From positions 41,797 to 105,796 of the forward strand of contig CAZJPG010000002.1 in assembly GCA_964547855.1 (NCBI GenBank): a DNA stretch of 64,000 bases, read 5' to 3'. Origin of the DNA: an uncultured Gammaproteobacteria bacterium. GTDB taxonomy: Bacteria; Patescibacteriota; Patescibacteriia; Patescibacteriales; WJLG01. Under the pieces are notes generated by a model. It saw only the letters and a program-made list of their open reading frames with translations. It was not told the DNA's origin and did no database searches. Position numbers and translations under genes: made by a program. Positions 1 to 9,810 of the stretch are shown here, piece after piece (the first letter of the stretch is position 1; every line of letters begins with the position of its first letter).

Positions 1-32
1 AAATTTTCAAAAAGGAGAGTAATAAAATCACT

Positions 33-1250
33 ATGGCCGAGATAAAACCAACAGCTGAAACATTCGCCAAGATCAAGGTGGTCGGTATAGGCGGTGGCGG
101 TGGCAGTGCTGTGCAAAGAATGGTCGAGAAGGGAATTCGTGGCGTCGAGTTCGTAGCCATCAATACCGATGTCCAGGCTTTGCATTACAACAAGGCTAGC
201 GAGAAATTGCATGTCGGTCGTTCGGTTACCAGAGGACTTGGTGCTGGTATGAATCCAGATCTTGGTCGACAAGCCGCCGAAGAGTCACAGAATGAGGTTA
301 GAGACATCCTAAAAGGCTCTGATATGGTTTTTATAACCGCTGGTTTGGGCGGTGGAACCGGCACAGGAGGAGCCCCAGTGGTGGCCGAGATAGCTCGTGA
401 TCTCGGAGCTTTGACAGTTGCGATAGTGACCAAGCCATTCTCTTTTGAAGGTGGACAAAGGAAGTCTATAGCTGAAAGGGGATTTGCCGAGTTGGCTGAT
501 AAGGTCGATACCATAATAACCATAAACAACGATAAACTTTTACAGTTAATAGATAAAAAAACCTCTCTTTTAGAGGCTTTTGCAGCCGCTGATGATGTCC
601 TTCGTCAGGGTGTGCAAGGTATGGCCGAAATAATAACCATCCCTGGTATTATTAACGTCGACTTTGCTGATGTTAAGGCTGTTATGTCCAATGCTGGATC
701 GGCCTTAATGGGTATTGGCATGGCATCAGGTGAGAACAGGGCTGTTGATGCTGCTAAGGCGGCGATCAATTCTACATTGCTCGATATGTCCATAGATGGC
801 GCACGCGGTATAGTTTTCACTATTACTGGTGGACCGTCTTTAAGCATGTCAGAGGTCAACGAAGCTGCCAAAATTATAACCGCTTCCGCTGATCAGGATG
901 CCAAGATAATATTCGGAGCCATAATAGATGAAAAAATGAAGGACGAGATAAGGATAACAGTGGTCGCTACAGGCTTTGATGGTGACAATCTTGATAATAA
1001 GATCAAGCAGACAGCGGCCTACACTCCAAATCAATTCATCAAGCAGGTCTCAAAGGACGATAAGCCGTCACAGAGCAAACCGTCTTGGTTTGGTGGACAA
1101 CCTAAGAGTAATAAACCAGAAATGGAAGTTGAGGCGATCAAAAAACCAAAGATATCACCGATAAAGATGATCCAAGAAGAGATGCCTCCAGACGATGAAG
1201 ATGATGGCGAGTTGGGCATCCCGGCGTTTATTAGAAAAAAAATGAAATAG
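33..1250 (+). CDS. ftsZ: Cell division GTPase FtsZ
   Basis: The tubulin-like G-box GGGTGTG and the N-terminal VVGIGGGGGSAVQRM motif are visible, followed by an acidic C-terminal tail. A GGAG RBS sits upstream. Confidence 0.95.
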   Translation: MAEIKPTAETFAKIKVVGIGGGGGSAVQRMVEKGIRGVEFVAINTDVQALHYNKASEKLHVGRSVTRGLGAGMNPDLGRQAAEESQNEVRDILKGSDMVFITAGLGGGTGTGGAPVVAEIARDLGALTVAIVTKPFSFEGGQRKSIAERGFAELADKVDTIITINNDKLLQLIDKKTSLLEAFAAADDVLRQGVQGMAEIITIPGIINVDFADVKAVMSNAGSALMGIGMASGENRAVDAAKAAINSTLLDMSIDGARGIVFTITGGPSLSMSEVNEAAKIITASADQDAKIIFGAIIDEKMKDEIRITVVATGFDGDNLDNKIKQTAAYTPNQFIKQVSKDDKPSQSKPSWFGGQPKSNKPEMEVEAIKKPKISPIKMIQEEMPPDDEDDGELGIPAFIRKKMK

Positions 1251-1322
1251 CATATAAAAAACGCCACCTTAATAAGTGGTGTTTTTTCATAATTTTAAAT
1301 TATTGTTTTTTATTAGATTGGT

Positions 1323-2264
1323 ATGAAAATAAGAATAATTCTGACGATAATATTGTTTTCATTGTTTGCCGTGCCATCTTCTGTCTTTGCTAATGATGAG
1401 TATATTGGCGGTGATTTATATTTTACACTGGAAAAAAGCCCCTATTATTTTCAAAAAAGACTTATAATTTCTGGCGGCAGGGTAAAAATAGACAAAGGGG
1501 TGGAATTTCATTTTGGTTCAGATAGTGGCATATGCTTGTCGGATCAACAATGTTTAATTGGAGATTGGTTTTTAGAGGAAGGTATTAAGTCTTGCTCTGT
1601 TAGGTTTATAGAAGATGCTGATATGATCTTTAAGCCAGGTTCATCGCGAGTCGATTTTAAAGTATCGAATCCTGAATCCGGGGAGGTATATTCTTCTGGC
1701 TCCAAAGACGTTCCAACATTAATAATTAGTAAGGAACTGAATTATTTATTGGATTTAGAATCTAATACTGATTTATATAAGGTTGATTTTACTGATCAAA
1801 AAGGCGATCCTTTTGAACAAAAGAATGATGACACAGTAGTGATAGTTGGCGATTCTCCTATGGACAAAGTCGTTGCCAATGAGAATCGGGTCGATTTTGA
1901 TTTTTCATCTTCAAAAAAGGGCTTGATCTTTATTGAGGTGGAGGGTAACGGTGAGGCCTGGTATGTTAATCCGATCGATCTTAAAAAGTATTATTTAGGC
2001 AGGCCAGATGACGCCTTTAATATAATGAGATCCCTTGGTTTGGGCGTTAAGCATGAGATAATAGAGAAAGGAGTCATGCCAGATCGTCTCTCTGGTAGAA
2101 TATTGATAGATGTCGAGGATTTAGGCAAGGCTTACTATGTCGATCCGGAAACAAAAAAGGCCCGCTATTTAGGCAGGCCAAGTGATGCTTTTAAGCTGAT
2201 GAGAGAAGTTGGTATCGGTATAAAAGGAGAAGATATTAAAAAGATAGCGACAGGAAGGATTTAA
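1323..2264 (+). CDS. Secreted protein with two copies of a ~45-aa GEAWYV-x-P...K(K/R)Y(Y/F)LGRP-x-DAF...MR-x-(L/V)G repeat module
   Basis: There is an N-terminal signal peptide (hydrophobic stretch then VFANDE). Two internal repeats are visible: EGNGEAWYVNPIDLKKYYLGRPDDAFNIMRSLGLG and LGKAYYVDPETKKARYLGRPSDAFKLMREVGIG. The same module recurs in the 43767..45191 protein. The family is not one I recognise. Confidence 0.6.
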   Translation: MKIRIILTIILFSLFAVPSSVFANDEYIGGDLYFTLEKSPYYFQKRLIISGGRVKIDKGVEFHFGSDSGICLSDQQCLIGDWFLEEGIKSCSVRFIEDADMIFKPGSSRVDFKVSNPESGEVYSSGSKDVPTLIISKELNYLLDLESNTDLYKVDFTDQKGDPFEQKNDDTVVIVGDSPMDKVVANENRVDFDFSSSKKGLIFIEVEGNGEAWYVNPIDLKKYYLGRPDDAFNIMRSLGLGVKHEIIEKGVMPDRLSGRILIDVEDLGKAYYVDPETKKARYLGRPSDAFKLMREVGIGIKGEDIKKIATGRI

Positions 2265-3222
2265 GTGAAAAATCCTTCTTTTTATTTTTTTTGATCTTCA
2301 ACTCCTTTTTGCCGGTGAATATTTTGTAGGCATCCTCGACAGAATAGTCATAAAGAGTCACGGCAGATACGGCATTGGCCATTCTAATCGATTCTTCTAG
2401 TTTTCTTTGGTATATGTTGCGTCCTATGGCCACCCCGTTGGTGCCTGATACGTGTATTTGGTTGTGTAATTGTTGAAGGAATTTTTTCTCTGACATTTTC
2501 GATCCGCCGATGCAGATAACGCCGGTGCGCCCAGCCGCAGTCGATACTTCCTTGAATTTTTTAGCGGTTTCTAAGGTCGGGTTCTTGTATGGGTAGGCTA
2601 TTTTAACGAAGTCGGCGCCAAGACATACGGCTACACCAGCCCCTCCGGCAAGTAGATGGATATCCTCTTCGTTCTTTACTGATTTTCCTCTGGCATACAT
2701 CCAGATAACGGCAAGGAGACCTTCTTGATGAGCCTTGTGGACTATGCGGGCTGCCTGACCGAATGATTCTGACTCAAAAGCACTGCCTATATAGACCGTG
2801 TATCCTACGCCAACGACATTCAATCCAGAGTTCTTTTTAAAATTGACTATGTCGGCCATGGGTAGCCAGCGGTTGGAGAACGGATCCCTATCTTCTCTTT
2901 TTATAAGATTGGTTTTGGAGTTGATTTTGACCACTAACGGGATATCTCCGCAAAGATCTCCGTATTTGGCTATTAAGCCGGCTTGAGCGGCCATGACGCC
3001 GATCTCCGATCTTTTTGCTATCTCAAAATAATGTTTAGGGTCGGCGACTTCTTTTGGTATTTCTGGTCCAACAAAATCATCGTTGAGGTGCTCAACTTTT
3101 TGGTCGCAGGCGAACATCATTAGTTTTCCAGTTCCTTTTGTGGCTGTTTCCCAATTTTTAAGATATTCGGCTTGCTTTTCGGCTGGCACATCGGCCGGAA
3201 CAAATGTCTTTGGCATAAACAT
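2236..3222 (-). CDS. Class I (DhnA/FbaB, archaeal-type) fructose-bisphosphate aldolase-like TIM-barrel protein
   Basis: The TIM-barrel aldolase pattern is visible (VVKINSKTNL, GADFVKIAYP, ICIGGS). It sits next to glycolytic gpmI. Family assignment is from memory of the DeoC/FbaB family, not a search. Confidence 0.55.
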   Translation of the reverse strand: MFMPKTFVPADVPAEKQAEYLKNWETATKGTGKLMMFACDQKVEHLNDDFVGPEIPKEVADPKHYFEIAKRSEIGVMAAQAGLIAKYGDLCGDIPLVVKINSKTNLIKREDRDPFSNRWLPMADIVNFKKNSGLNVVGVGYTVYIGSAFESESFGQAARIVHKAHQEGLLAVIWMYARGKSVKNEEDIHLLAGGAGVAVCLGADFVKIAYPYKNPTLETAKKFKEVSTAAGRTGVICIGGSKMSEKKFLQQLHNQIHVSGTNGVAIGRNIYQRKLEESIRMANAVSAVTLYDYSVEDAYKIFTGKKELKIKKNKKKDFSLKSFLSLSF

Positions 3223-3283
3223 TTTACTGTGTTAAAATATTACTATCGAAATTATAACATATTATTACCGTTAAGCCAAAATC

Positions 3284-4879
3284 ATGAAAATCAGTAAGCC
3301 AGTGGTAATGGTCATCCTTGATGGATGGGGAGAATGGGATATAGATAAGGGCAACCCCCTCAAGAAGGCTAAGATGCCGACAATCGAGCGTTTGAATTCT
3401 CACTACCCAAAAACATACCTTCAGGCCTCTGGAATGGCTGTGGGATTGCCTTGGGGTGTGCGTGGTAATTCAGAGGTCGGACACCAAACAATAGGCTCAG
3501 GGCAAATCATCTTTCAATATCTACCAACTATAACCACTGCCATCGGTGAGGGGTCTTTTTTTAAGAATAAGGCGTTGCTTTCGTCGTTCGACTGGGTCAG
3601 AGAGAATAATTCAGATCTGCATGTAGTCGGCCTTCTTTCCGATGGAGCTGTCCATTCTCATATAGACCATCTTTTTGCCTTTTTGGAAATGGCTAGAAAT
3701 AACAACGTAAGAGATGTTTTTGTTCACGTTGTTACAGATGGTCGTGATACCCATCCGCAGAGCGCTCGTAATTTTTTGGCCATGCTAAAAAAGAAAATAG
3801 AGGAGATCGGTATTGGTAAGATAGCTTCGATCAGCGGTCGTTATTATGCGATGGATAGAAACAATAACTGGGATAGAACTAAAAAGGCTTTTTTGGCTAT
3901 GACAGCCGGAGAGGGTATTAAGGCCTTGGACACTGACTCGGCTCTAGACGAGCAATACGCCAAAAATGTCTTTGATGAGTATTTAGAGCCTGTAGTTATG
4001 GTAGATGAGGCTGATAAGCCTATAGGGCTAGTCAAGGACAACGATGCTTTGGTGTGCTTCAATTTTAGAAAAGATCGTTCGCGTCAAATAGTTAAGGCTT
4101 TCGTCATGGACGATATTTATGAACTTAGAGATGTCGTGAAGCCTAAGAATATAAAATGCGTCTGTTTTACACAATACGAAGAAGGATTGCCGGTGGAGAT
4201 CGCTTTTGCGCCACAGGAGATAACAGTTAGGCTTGGTGAAGTATTGTCAAAGAATTGGAAGCGTCAGCTGAGAATAGCTGAAACCGAGAAATATGCTCAT
4301 GTGACCTATTTTTTCAATGGTGGAGCAGAACAGCCGTTTTTCTATGAGGATAGAATATTAGTGCCTTCCAAAAAAGTGAGGTCTTATGCGGAGATACCTG
4401 AGATGAGTGCGGCTGAAGTGACCGATAAGCTGGTTGAGGCTATCGAGAAGCATAGTTACGATTTTATCTTGGTGAATTATGCGAATTCAGACATGGTCGG
4501 CCATACCGGCGACCTTAAGGCTGGAATAAAGGCAGTTGAGTTCGTAGATTCTTGTTTGGACCGAGTGATTGAGGCGACCGTTAAAAAGGGCGGTCAATTA
4601 TTGATAACCGCCGATCACGGCAATATAGAGGAGATGGTCAATATATATACAGGAGAGCCTGATACGCAGCACTCTAAAAACCCAGTCCCATGCTGGCATG
4701 TTAGTGTCGATGGGTTTATAGAGAGAAAAGACGACATAGAAGAGAAGATAGAGGCTCAAGGCATGTTAGTCGATTTAGCCCCCACGGTCTTGGAGATATT
4801 AGGAATAGACAAACCAGATGGAATGATGGGGCATAGTCTACTTGGACAATTAGCACCTATATTCAATGACGATATATAA
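3284..4879 (+). CDS. gpmI: 2,3-bisphosphoglycerate-independent phosphoglycerate mutase
   Basis: The N-terminus VVMVILDGWGEW and metal-binding motifs typical of iPGM (DGRDT, ADHGN) are present, and the length of about 530 aa fits. Confidence 0.9.
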   Translation: MKISKPVVMVILDGWGEWDIDKGNPLKKAKMPTIERLNSHYPKTYLQASGMAVGLPWGVRGNSEVGHQTIGSGQIIFQYLPTITTAIGEGSFFKNKALLSSFDWVRENNSDLHVVGLLSDGAVHSHIDHLFAFLEMARNNNVRDVFVHVVTDGRDTHPQSARNFLAMLKKKIEEIGIGKIASISGRYYAMDRNNNWDRTKKAFLAMTAGEGIKALDTDSALDEQYAKNVFDEYLEPVVMVDEADKPIGLVKDNDALVCFNFRKDRSRQIVKAFVMDDIYELRDVVKPKNIKCVCFTQYEEGLPVEIAFAPQEITVRLGEVLSKNWKRQLRIAETEKYAHVTYFFNGGAEQPFFYEDRILVPSKKVRSYAEIPEMSAAEVTDKLVEAIEKHSYDFILVNYANSDMVGHTGDLKAGIKAVEFVDSCLDRVIEATVKKGGQLLITADHGNIEEMVNIYTGEPDTQHSKNPVPCWHVSVDGFIERKDDIEEKIEAQGMLVDLAPTVLEILGIDKPDGMMGHSLLGQLAPIFNDDI

Positions 4880-4910
4880 AAATTCCGGGGTTTTATCCCG
4901 GAATTTTTAT

Positions 4911-5087
4911 TTATTCTTCTACGTAGATCGCCTCGACTGGGCATTGGTCTGCGGCCGATAGCGCGCATTCTTTGTTCTCTCCAATGACCTCTGATTTTCC
5001 TTCCGCATTCAAGCGAAAAGTGTCAGGGCAGACTTCAGTGCAACGACCGCAGCCGATGCATTTGTTGTGATCAACTTTGATAACCAT
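4911..5087 (-). CDS. 4Fe-4S ferredoxin (small)
   Basis: I start at the internal Met MVIKVDHNKCIGCGRCTEVCPD, which gives a 58-aa ferredoxin. The upstream extension of the track ORF is non-ferredoxin-like and AT-rich. Confidence 0.7.
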   Translation of the reverse strand: MVIKVDHNKCIGCGRCTEVCPDTFRLNAEGKSEVIGENKECALSAADQCPVEAIYVEE

Positions 5088-5360
5088 AATATTGTTGGCC
5101 TTTTTGGGATTTTTCTTCCCCCGCGGCGTTATTATTTCCAAGGTTGAATTATAGCATAAAACAGGGGTAGAGGAAAAGGTCTTGACATATAGTTTAATTA
5201 TGCTATTATAACCGTACAACCAATGAGCCATAGACAGCAGGCATAGCCTAATAAGGCTTTATAAGTCCCGCCGAGGCAAAATCAAGCGTTACACGCTTTT
5301 TATTTGCTATCTGTGGTCATATTGCCAGAGATTTTTTTATTTTAAGATAATAAGTAGAAT

Positions 5361-5894
5361 ATGCCTAAAACAAAAGAGCAAAAAAAGGCTATTCTCGAGG
5401 ATTTGGCCGACAAGGTGTCGCGCTCTAAATCAGTCGTTTTTACCAAGTTCGAGAAATTGAACGTAGGCGAGAACGAGGATTTGCGCAGACGCTTAAAGGC
5501 TGAAGGCAGCGAATATTTCGTTACCAAAAAGACCTTGCTTGGCTTGACTTTCAAAGATAGTCATCCAGATGTGGACTTTAAGGGTTTTGACGGAAAAGTC
5601 GCCGCTATCTTCGGTTTCAACGACGAAGTGGCTCCGGCCAAGGTCGTCGATGATTTCAAGAAAGGCTTAGAAGAAGAGAAGATCTTCTTCTTGGGCGGTA
5701 TCCTTGAGAATAGGTTCATCTCCAAAGAGGAGGTGGAGAGTCTGGCTAAACTTCCTTCTAAACAGGAGCTTTATGCCAAGTTGGTCGGCAGCTTGAATTC
5801 CCCGGTTTCCGGGTTCGTCAATGTGTTGGCTGGCAATTTGCGTGGTTTGGTCTCTGCCTTGAAGGCTGTGGCCGATAAGAAAGCGCAATCTTAA
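5361..5894 (+). CDS. rplJ: 50S ribosomal protein L10
   Basis: The N-terminus MPKTKEQKKAILEDLADKV is L10-like, and the gene sits immediately upstream of rplL. Confidence 0.9.
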   Translation: MPKTKEQKKAILEDLADKVSRSKSVVFTKFEKLNVGENEDLRRRLKAEGSEYFVTKKTLLGLTFKDSHPDVDFKGFDGKVAAIFGFNDEVAPAKVVDDFKKGLEEEKIFFLGGILENRFISKEEVESLAKLPSKQELYAKLVGSLNSPVSGFVNVLAGNLRGLVSALKAVADKKAQS

Positions 5895-5924
5895 TTTAAA
5901 TCATAATTTTTTAAATCAAAAACT

Positions 5925-6323
5925 ATGGAAGAACAGAAGAACGTTGAGGTCCCAGCCAAATTCGAAAAATTGGTTAAGGAGATCGAAACTATGAGTGTTT
6001 TGGATCTGGCCGAGTTGGTCAAGGTCCTCGAGGATAAATTCGGCGTTTCCGCCTCTGCCCCAGTCATGGCTGTTGCCGCTGCTGGTGCCGCTGCTCCGGC
6101 CGCTGAAGAGAAGGACAGCTTCGACATCGAATTGACCGATGCTGGCGCTAACAAGATTAACGTCATTAAGGTCGTTCGCACCATCACTACTCTTGGTCTT
6201 AAAGAGGCTAAGGATTTGGTCGACGGCGCCCCTAAGGTCGTTAAGGAGGGTGCTAAGAAGGATGAGGCTGAGGCTATCAAGAAACAGCTTGAGGAGGCTG
6301 GTGCTAAGGTCACTTTGAAGTAA
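5925..6323 (+). CDS. rplL: 50S ribosomal protein L7/L12
   Basis: Ala-rich hinge [13 protein letters not shown] and a conserved C-terminal domain ([23 protein letters not shown]) are both visible. Confidence 0.95.
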   Translation: MEEQKNVEVPAKFEKLVKEIETMSVLDLAELVKVLEDKFGVSASAPVMAVAAAGAAAPAAEEKDSFDIELTDAGANKINVIKVVRTITTLGLKEAKDLVDGAPKVVKEGAKKDEAEAIKKQLEEAGAKVTLK

Positions 6324-6335
6324 TATTCTCTATAT

Positions 6336-6372
6336 AAAAAAATCGCTCCGTTTTTACGGAGCGATTTTTTTA
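6336..6372. terminator. Bidirectional rho-independent terminator between rplL and the convergent 6389..8653 gene
   Basis: Stem atcgctccg, loop ttttta, stem cggagcgat, flanked by an A-run upstream and a T-run downstream. Confidence 0.7.
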
Positions 6373-6388
6373 TATAGAGATTCATTTT

Positions 6389-8653
6389 TTACTCAAGTTT
6401 GGCTTGGTAAACTTCTTGTCCTGAAAGTATGAAAGCTTGATTGTCGGCGTCTGAGACGGTTATATCTGTTATAGCCTCTGGCTGTGAGAATTTATATTGG
6501 TTGACTAATTTACCCTTTAGATCGAATTTAATTAGCCTTTTTGAGGAAAGTTCAAGGACGTAAATGGCATTTTCCCCAACTATTAATTTCGAGGCTTGTG
6601 TCACAGGTTCGTCTACTGCTTCTAAAGCAAAGACCTCTTTTTCGCCTTTAAGATATTTATCCACTGTCCCGTCGGACTTAAGAACATATATATTGCCATC
6701 TATGAAAATGTCAGTGGCTAGGGAAAGGTCGGTTTTATTATTGAGCCATTCCTGTGGCGACGAAAATTCATCACCTATTTTAGAATAGCGCCAAATCTGC
6801 CCACTTGTCTTATCCGACAAATAAAGTCTTCCGCCGTACATGCCAAGACCTCCTATGTTTTCTGGCGGATTTTGTATAGTAACTTTTTGAAACTCGCTTT
6901 TTTCCCCGACAAGTATAACGGCCCCATCATCAAGATAGGCGATGCCATCAGGCGAAGGCGATGGGTGGTCCATTTTCTTTAACTCGCTTAAATTATAAGA
7001 AGCGGTTACTAAATTGTCTTTGATATCGACTTTATAGATCGCTTTTTCCGGGGCGGCCGCTGCGTATAGTTTTCCATTCAAAAAGGTTATATTTTCAGGT
7101 TTTGCGTCTTGGTTTAACTTGGAGAAGTCGGCTATTTTTTCAACATTCGATATGTCTTTTATCTTGCGCAATTTAGCTAATTGTTCATCCTGTCTTTCAA
7201 ATAAAGAACTGACATCGCTCCTAATGGCTTTTTCTTCCTCTGGTATTTGACCAAGCAAAGATTTGTTGTCGTCCCATAGTTTTTTGGCTTCACTGTTATT
7301 GTCGTATATCAAGAATGAGTCTACTTTATCTTGGTTCCTGTTTATTTCCGATATTAAAGAATTAAAGGAGGCCTGATGTTGCTCTTGTTCGTGCTTTTTT
7401 TGAGATATGAACACGTTACCTATTAATAGGATAACAAGTAAGGCGGCCGCTGACAGGAATATCTTTGGCCACTTGCTAGTCTTTGAGCTTGTCGTTCCGT
7501 CATTGTTTGCTCCAGTGTCGTCGATGCTGTCCATGTTTCGTTTTTTTGAAAAGACGCCAAAACCGATTTTGAAGAAGATGATCCCGATTTTTTTGAAAAA
7601 TACCAATAGTTTTTCCAACGACAATGCAGGAACTCTCTTTTTCATCAAGATCTTATCTTTAAGCATGAATAGCTTTCCTGCCTTTTTATTTGTCGATACC
7701 GGGATTGGAGCGGACGTTTTGTTTTTGGAGGAGATTTTATTAGTTATGGCCTTGACCCATTTTTTTAGGTTTATGGTTCCGGCTGGGGTCATAATAGCCT
7801 CTGTCTGTTCTTCGGTCGATACTATCTCTGGTTTATAATCCCAATTCTTTATCTCTCTGTCTATTTGTTTTTTAAGTTCATCACTGCTCCAGGAGGTGGA
7901 TGAGGTATTTTTAACGATAACGCCCAAGAACGATACATAGGAATTTATCTTTTCTAAGATATTCCTTATCTGTTCTACGGATCCGGTCGGGGATAGGCGA
8001 GTGGTTATGTCTATTAGCTGTTTGCCTGAGATATATTCGGAAAGCGCTTCATTTATGACAAGGAAATACCCGCCAGGCGGTATTTTTCCACTCATAACCT
8101 CGGAAAATAGCTTGTCCATGGTTACGGCACTATTGTCTTCTTCTGGAGCTTTGCCTATGTCGGTTAATTTATACTCTATTTTTTCAAGCGGTTCGCTTTT
8201 GCCTTTCAGTGATTTGGTCGTTACTTTTTCTTTATGCAATAACAAGCATTTATTTTTACCTATGTTGGTAAAATATAGTTCGTTATTATGAAGAAGACAG
8301 GCGGTTATGTTTATCGAATAGGGGCTTGTCTTTATTTTTTCTTTATCCAAGAATTCGATCAAGTCTTTATTCGTCTTGGAAAGAGCTCCCTCGAAGATGC
8401 TCTCGACAGATATGGTGTCTATCTTTTCTCTTAATATGACTTTTTCGTTTTGGTAGTAGTTGTAGTTTAAGTTGTTTATCAAGAAGTCCAGTAACTTGGC
8501 CGATTCATTTTTTTGAGATTCTATCTCCGCTAAAACAAAAATTTTTCCAACCAAAGCTTCTTTGGCGGAATCTGGTTGGGCTATGAAGATGTCGGCTATG
8601 GAGTTGTTCTTCTGCCCACTATTGAGTACTAATGACGCTATTTTGTAATACAT
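6389..8653 (-). CDS. Membrane-anchored protein: N-terminal degenerate PP2C-like (pseudophosphatase) domain, one TM helix, C-terminal beta-propeller-like repeats
   Basis: ITACLLHNNELYFTNIGKNKCLLL resembles the PP2C block (VaNvGDSRavL) but the DSR is replaced by KNK. There is a single TM segment (WPKIFLSAAALLVILLIGNVFI). The C-terminus has YVTN/NHL-like repeats (SPDGIAYLDDG, GGRLYLSDKTSGQIWRY). Confidence 0.55.
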   Translation of the reverse strand: MYYKIASLVLNSGQKNNSIADIFIAQPDSAKEALVGKIFVLAEIESQKNESAKLLDFLINNLNYNYYQNEKVILREKIDTISVESIFEGALSKTNKDLIEFLDKEKIKTSPYSINITACLLHNNELYFTNIGKNKCLLLHKEKVTTKSLKGKSEPLEKIEYKLTDIGKAPEEDNSAVTMDKLFSEVMSGKIPPGGYFLVINEALSEYISGKQLIDITTRLSPTGSVEQIRNILEKINSYVSFLGVIVKNTSSTSWSSDELKKQIDREIKNWDYKPEIVSTEEQTEAIMTPAGTINLKKWVKAITNKISSKNKTSAPIPVSTNKKAGKLFMLKDKILMKKRVPALSLEKLLVFFKKIGIIFFKIGFGVFSKKRNMDSIDDTGANNDGTTSSKTSKWPKIFLSAAALLVILLIGNVFISQKKHEQEQHQASFNSLISEINRNQDKVDSFLIYDNNSEAKKLWDDNKSLLGQIPEEEKAIRSDVSSLFERQDEQLAKLRKIKDISNVEKIADFSKLNQDAKPENITFLNGKLYAAAAPEKAIYKVDIKDNLVTASYNLSELKKMDHPSPSPDGIAYLDDGAVILVGEKSEFQKVTIQNPPENIGGLGMYGGRLYLSDKTSGQIWRYSKIGDEFSSPQEWLNNKTDLSLATDIFIDGNIYVLKSDGTVDKYLKGEKEVFALEAVDEPVTQASKLIVGENAIYVLELSSKRLIKFDLKGKLVNQYKFSQPEAITDITVSDADNQAFILSGQEVYQAKLE

Positions 8654-8772
8654 CTTGCCTGCAAAAACAATTGGCCGTTTGACGGTCTTTTTACTATTAT
8701 ATTATACTATAAAAGAAGCTTTAGGTTAATAGCATGTATTTAATGGCCACCAAAGCTTGATTTTAAACCACT

Positions 8773-9372
8773 ATGCTTTCTAAATTATTCGGTTCGAACG
8801 CCAGGGTCAAAATATTGAAACAGTTCTTATTTAACCCTGATGGAAGATATTACATCAGACAGCTAGCCAGAGACCTTTCCTTGCAAGTTAACTCTGTGCG
8901 CAGGGAATTAGACAATTTAGAGGACTTCGGCCTATTAAGAACGGAGACTGCCGCCGATAAGGAAGAGGGGCAAAACGATAAAGTCGGGCAGGAGAAGAAG
9001 TATTACAGAGTGAACAAAAATTTTGCACTGTTCGAGGATATCAAAGCCTTAGTCGCTAAATCACAAATTCTTTATAAGGATGATTTAGTTAAAAATCTTG
9101 CTAAATTAGGCAATATTAAGCTTTTATTATTGACTGGCATCTTCGTCAACAAGTTTAATTCCCCAATAGATATACTCATGGTCGGTAGGGTCAACAAGGA
9201 TAAATTGGTCAAGACCATTAAAGACTTGGAGCTTGATTTGGGTAGAGAGGTCAACTATACGATCATGGATGCGGCAGAGTTTAAGTATCGTCGAGACATA
9301 ACAGATATTTTTCTTTACGACATACTTGAGGGAGAGAAGATCGTTGTTATTGACGAAATTGGAATTTCATAG
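8773..9372 (+). CDS. Winged-helix transcriptional regulator fused to a minimal nucleotidyltransferase (MNT-like) domain
   Basis: The N-terminus is ArsR/wHTH-like (ARVKILKQFLFNPDGRYYIRQLARDLSLQVNSVRRELDNLEDFGLL). The C-terminus is NTase-fold-like (IDILMVGRVNKDKL...). This is a pattern-based call. Confidence 0.5.
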   Translation: MLSKLFGSNARVKILKQFLFNPDGRYYIRQLARDLSLQVNSVRRELDNLEDFGLLRTETAADKEEGQNDKVGQEKKYYRVNKNFALFEDIKALVAKSQILYKDDLVKNLAKLGNIKLLLLTGIFVNKFNSPIDILMVGRVNKDKLVKTIKDLELDLGREVNYTIMDAAEFKYRRDITDIFLYDILEGEKIVVIDEIGIS

Positions 9373-9409
9373 CTTTTGTTTTTTCCACAGACCAGAACAA
9401 AAAAAGTCA

Positions 9410-9438
9410 TTGACTATTTAGCCTAGTATTGGTATCAT
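9410..9438 (+). promoter_or_regulatory. Sigma70-like promoter for the ATP synthase operon
   Basis: TTGACT, a 17-nt spacer, then TATCAT. Confidence 0.5.
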
Positions 9439-9512
9439 ATTCTATTATCCATTTTTAATTCCACCCCCGAAGAAGAGGGAGGGAATTAATTTTTTTTCCG
9501 AAAGAAAAAGGT

Positions 9513-9809
9513 ATGGATGACAAAAAAAACAACAAAAAAAGGGAATTCAGGGCTTTTGCTCTGACGACTTCATTATATGGAGGAGCTTCCATTTTGGGTC
9601 CCTTATTGATATTGGGAGGTGGTGGATATGTCTTAGACAGGATTTTTCATTCCGGCCGCCTCTTTTTTATTTGCGGAATCGCTTCAGCTTTCATTGTTAC
9701 CAATGTTTTGTTGTATAAAAGAGCTGCCAAGATAACTCAAGAGATATCAAGGTTGTCCACTCCACCCAAGGTCGACGATCCTGATGTTAGTGAGGAGACA
9801 ATAAAATAG
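9513..9809 (+). CDS. atpZ: ATP synthase protein I (AtpZ/AtpI family) small membrane protein
   Basis: Small two-TM protein (GPLLILGGGGYVLDRIF) sitting directly upstream of atpB, the usual position for AtpZ/AtpI. Confidence 0.55.
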   Translation: MDDKKNNKKREFRAFALTTSLYGGASILGPLLILGGGGYVLDRIFHSGRLFFICGIASAFIVTNVLLYKRAAKITQEISRLSTPPKVDDPDVSEETIK

Positions 9810-9810
9810 C

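Noticed and set aside
1256-1290. Terminator after ftsZ
   Set aside because: Only a 4 to 5-bp stem (cacc...ggtg) before the T-run. Too weak to call confidently.
4911-5231. Full 106-aa track ORF for the ferredoxin, and likewise 62646..62918
   Set aside because: In both, the N-terminal extensions are AT-rich and non-conserved-looking, and internal Mets give canonical ~60-aa 2x[4Fe-4S] ferredoxins. I trimmed the starts on that basis, though the true starts remain uncertain.
5232-5360. Possible ribosomal protein L10 leader / autoregulatory structure upstream of rplJ
   Set aside because: Small hairpins are present (agcc-taataa-ggct, gcgt-tac-acgc plus a T-run), but I cannot match the conserved L10-leader kink-turn architecture by eye. 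Left unannotated.
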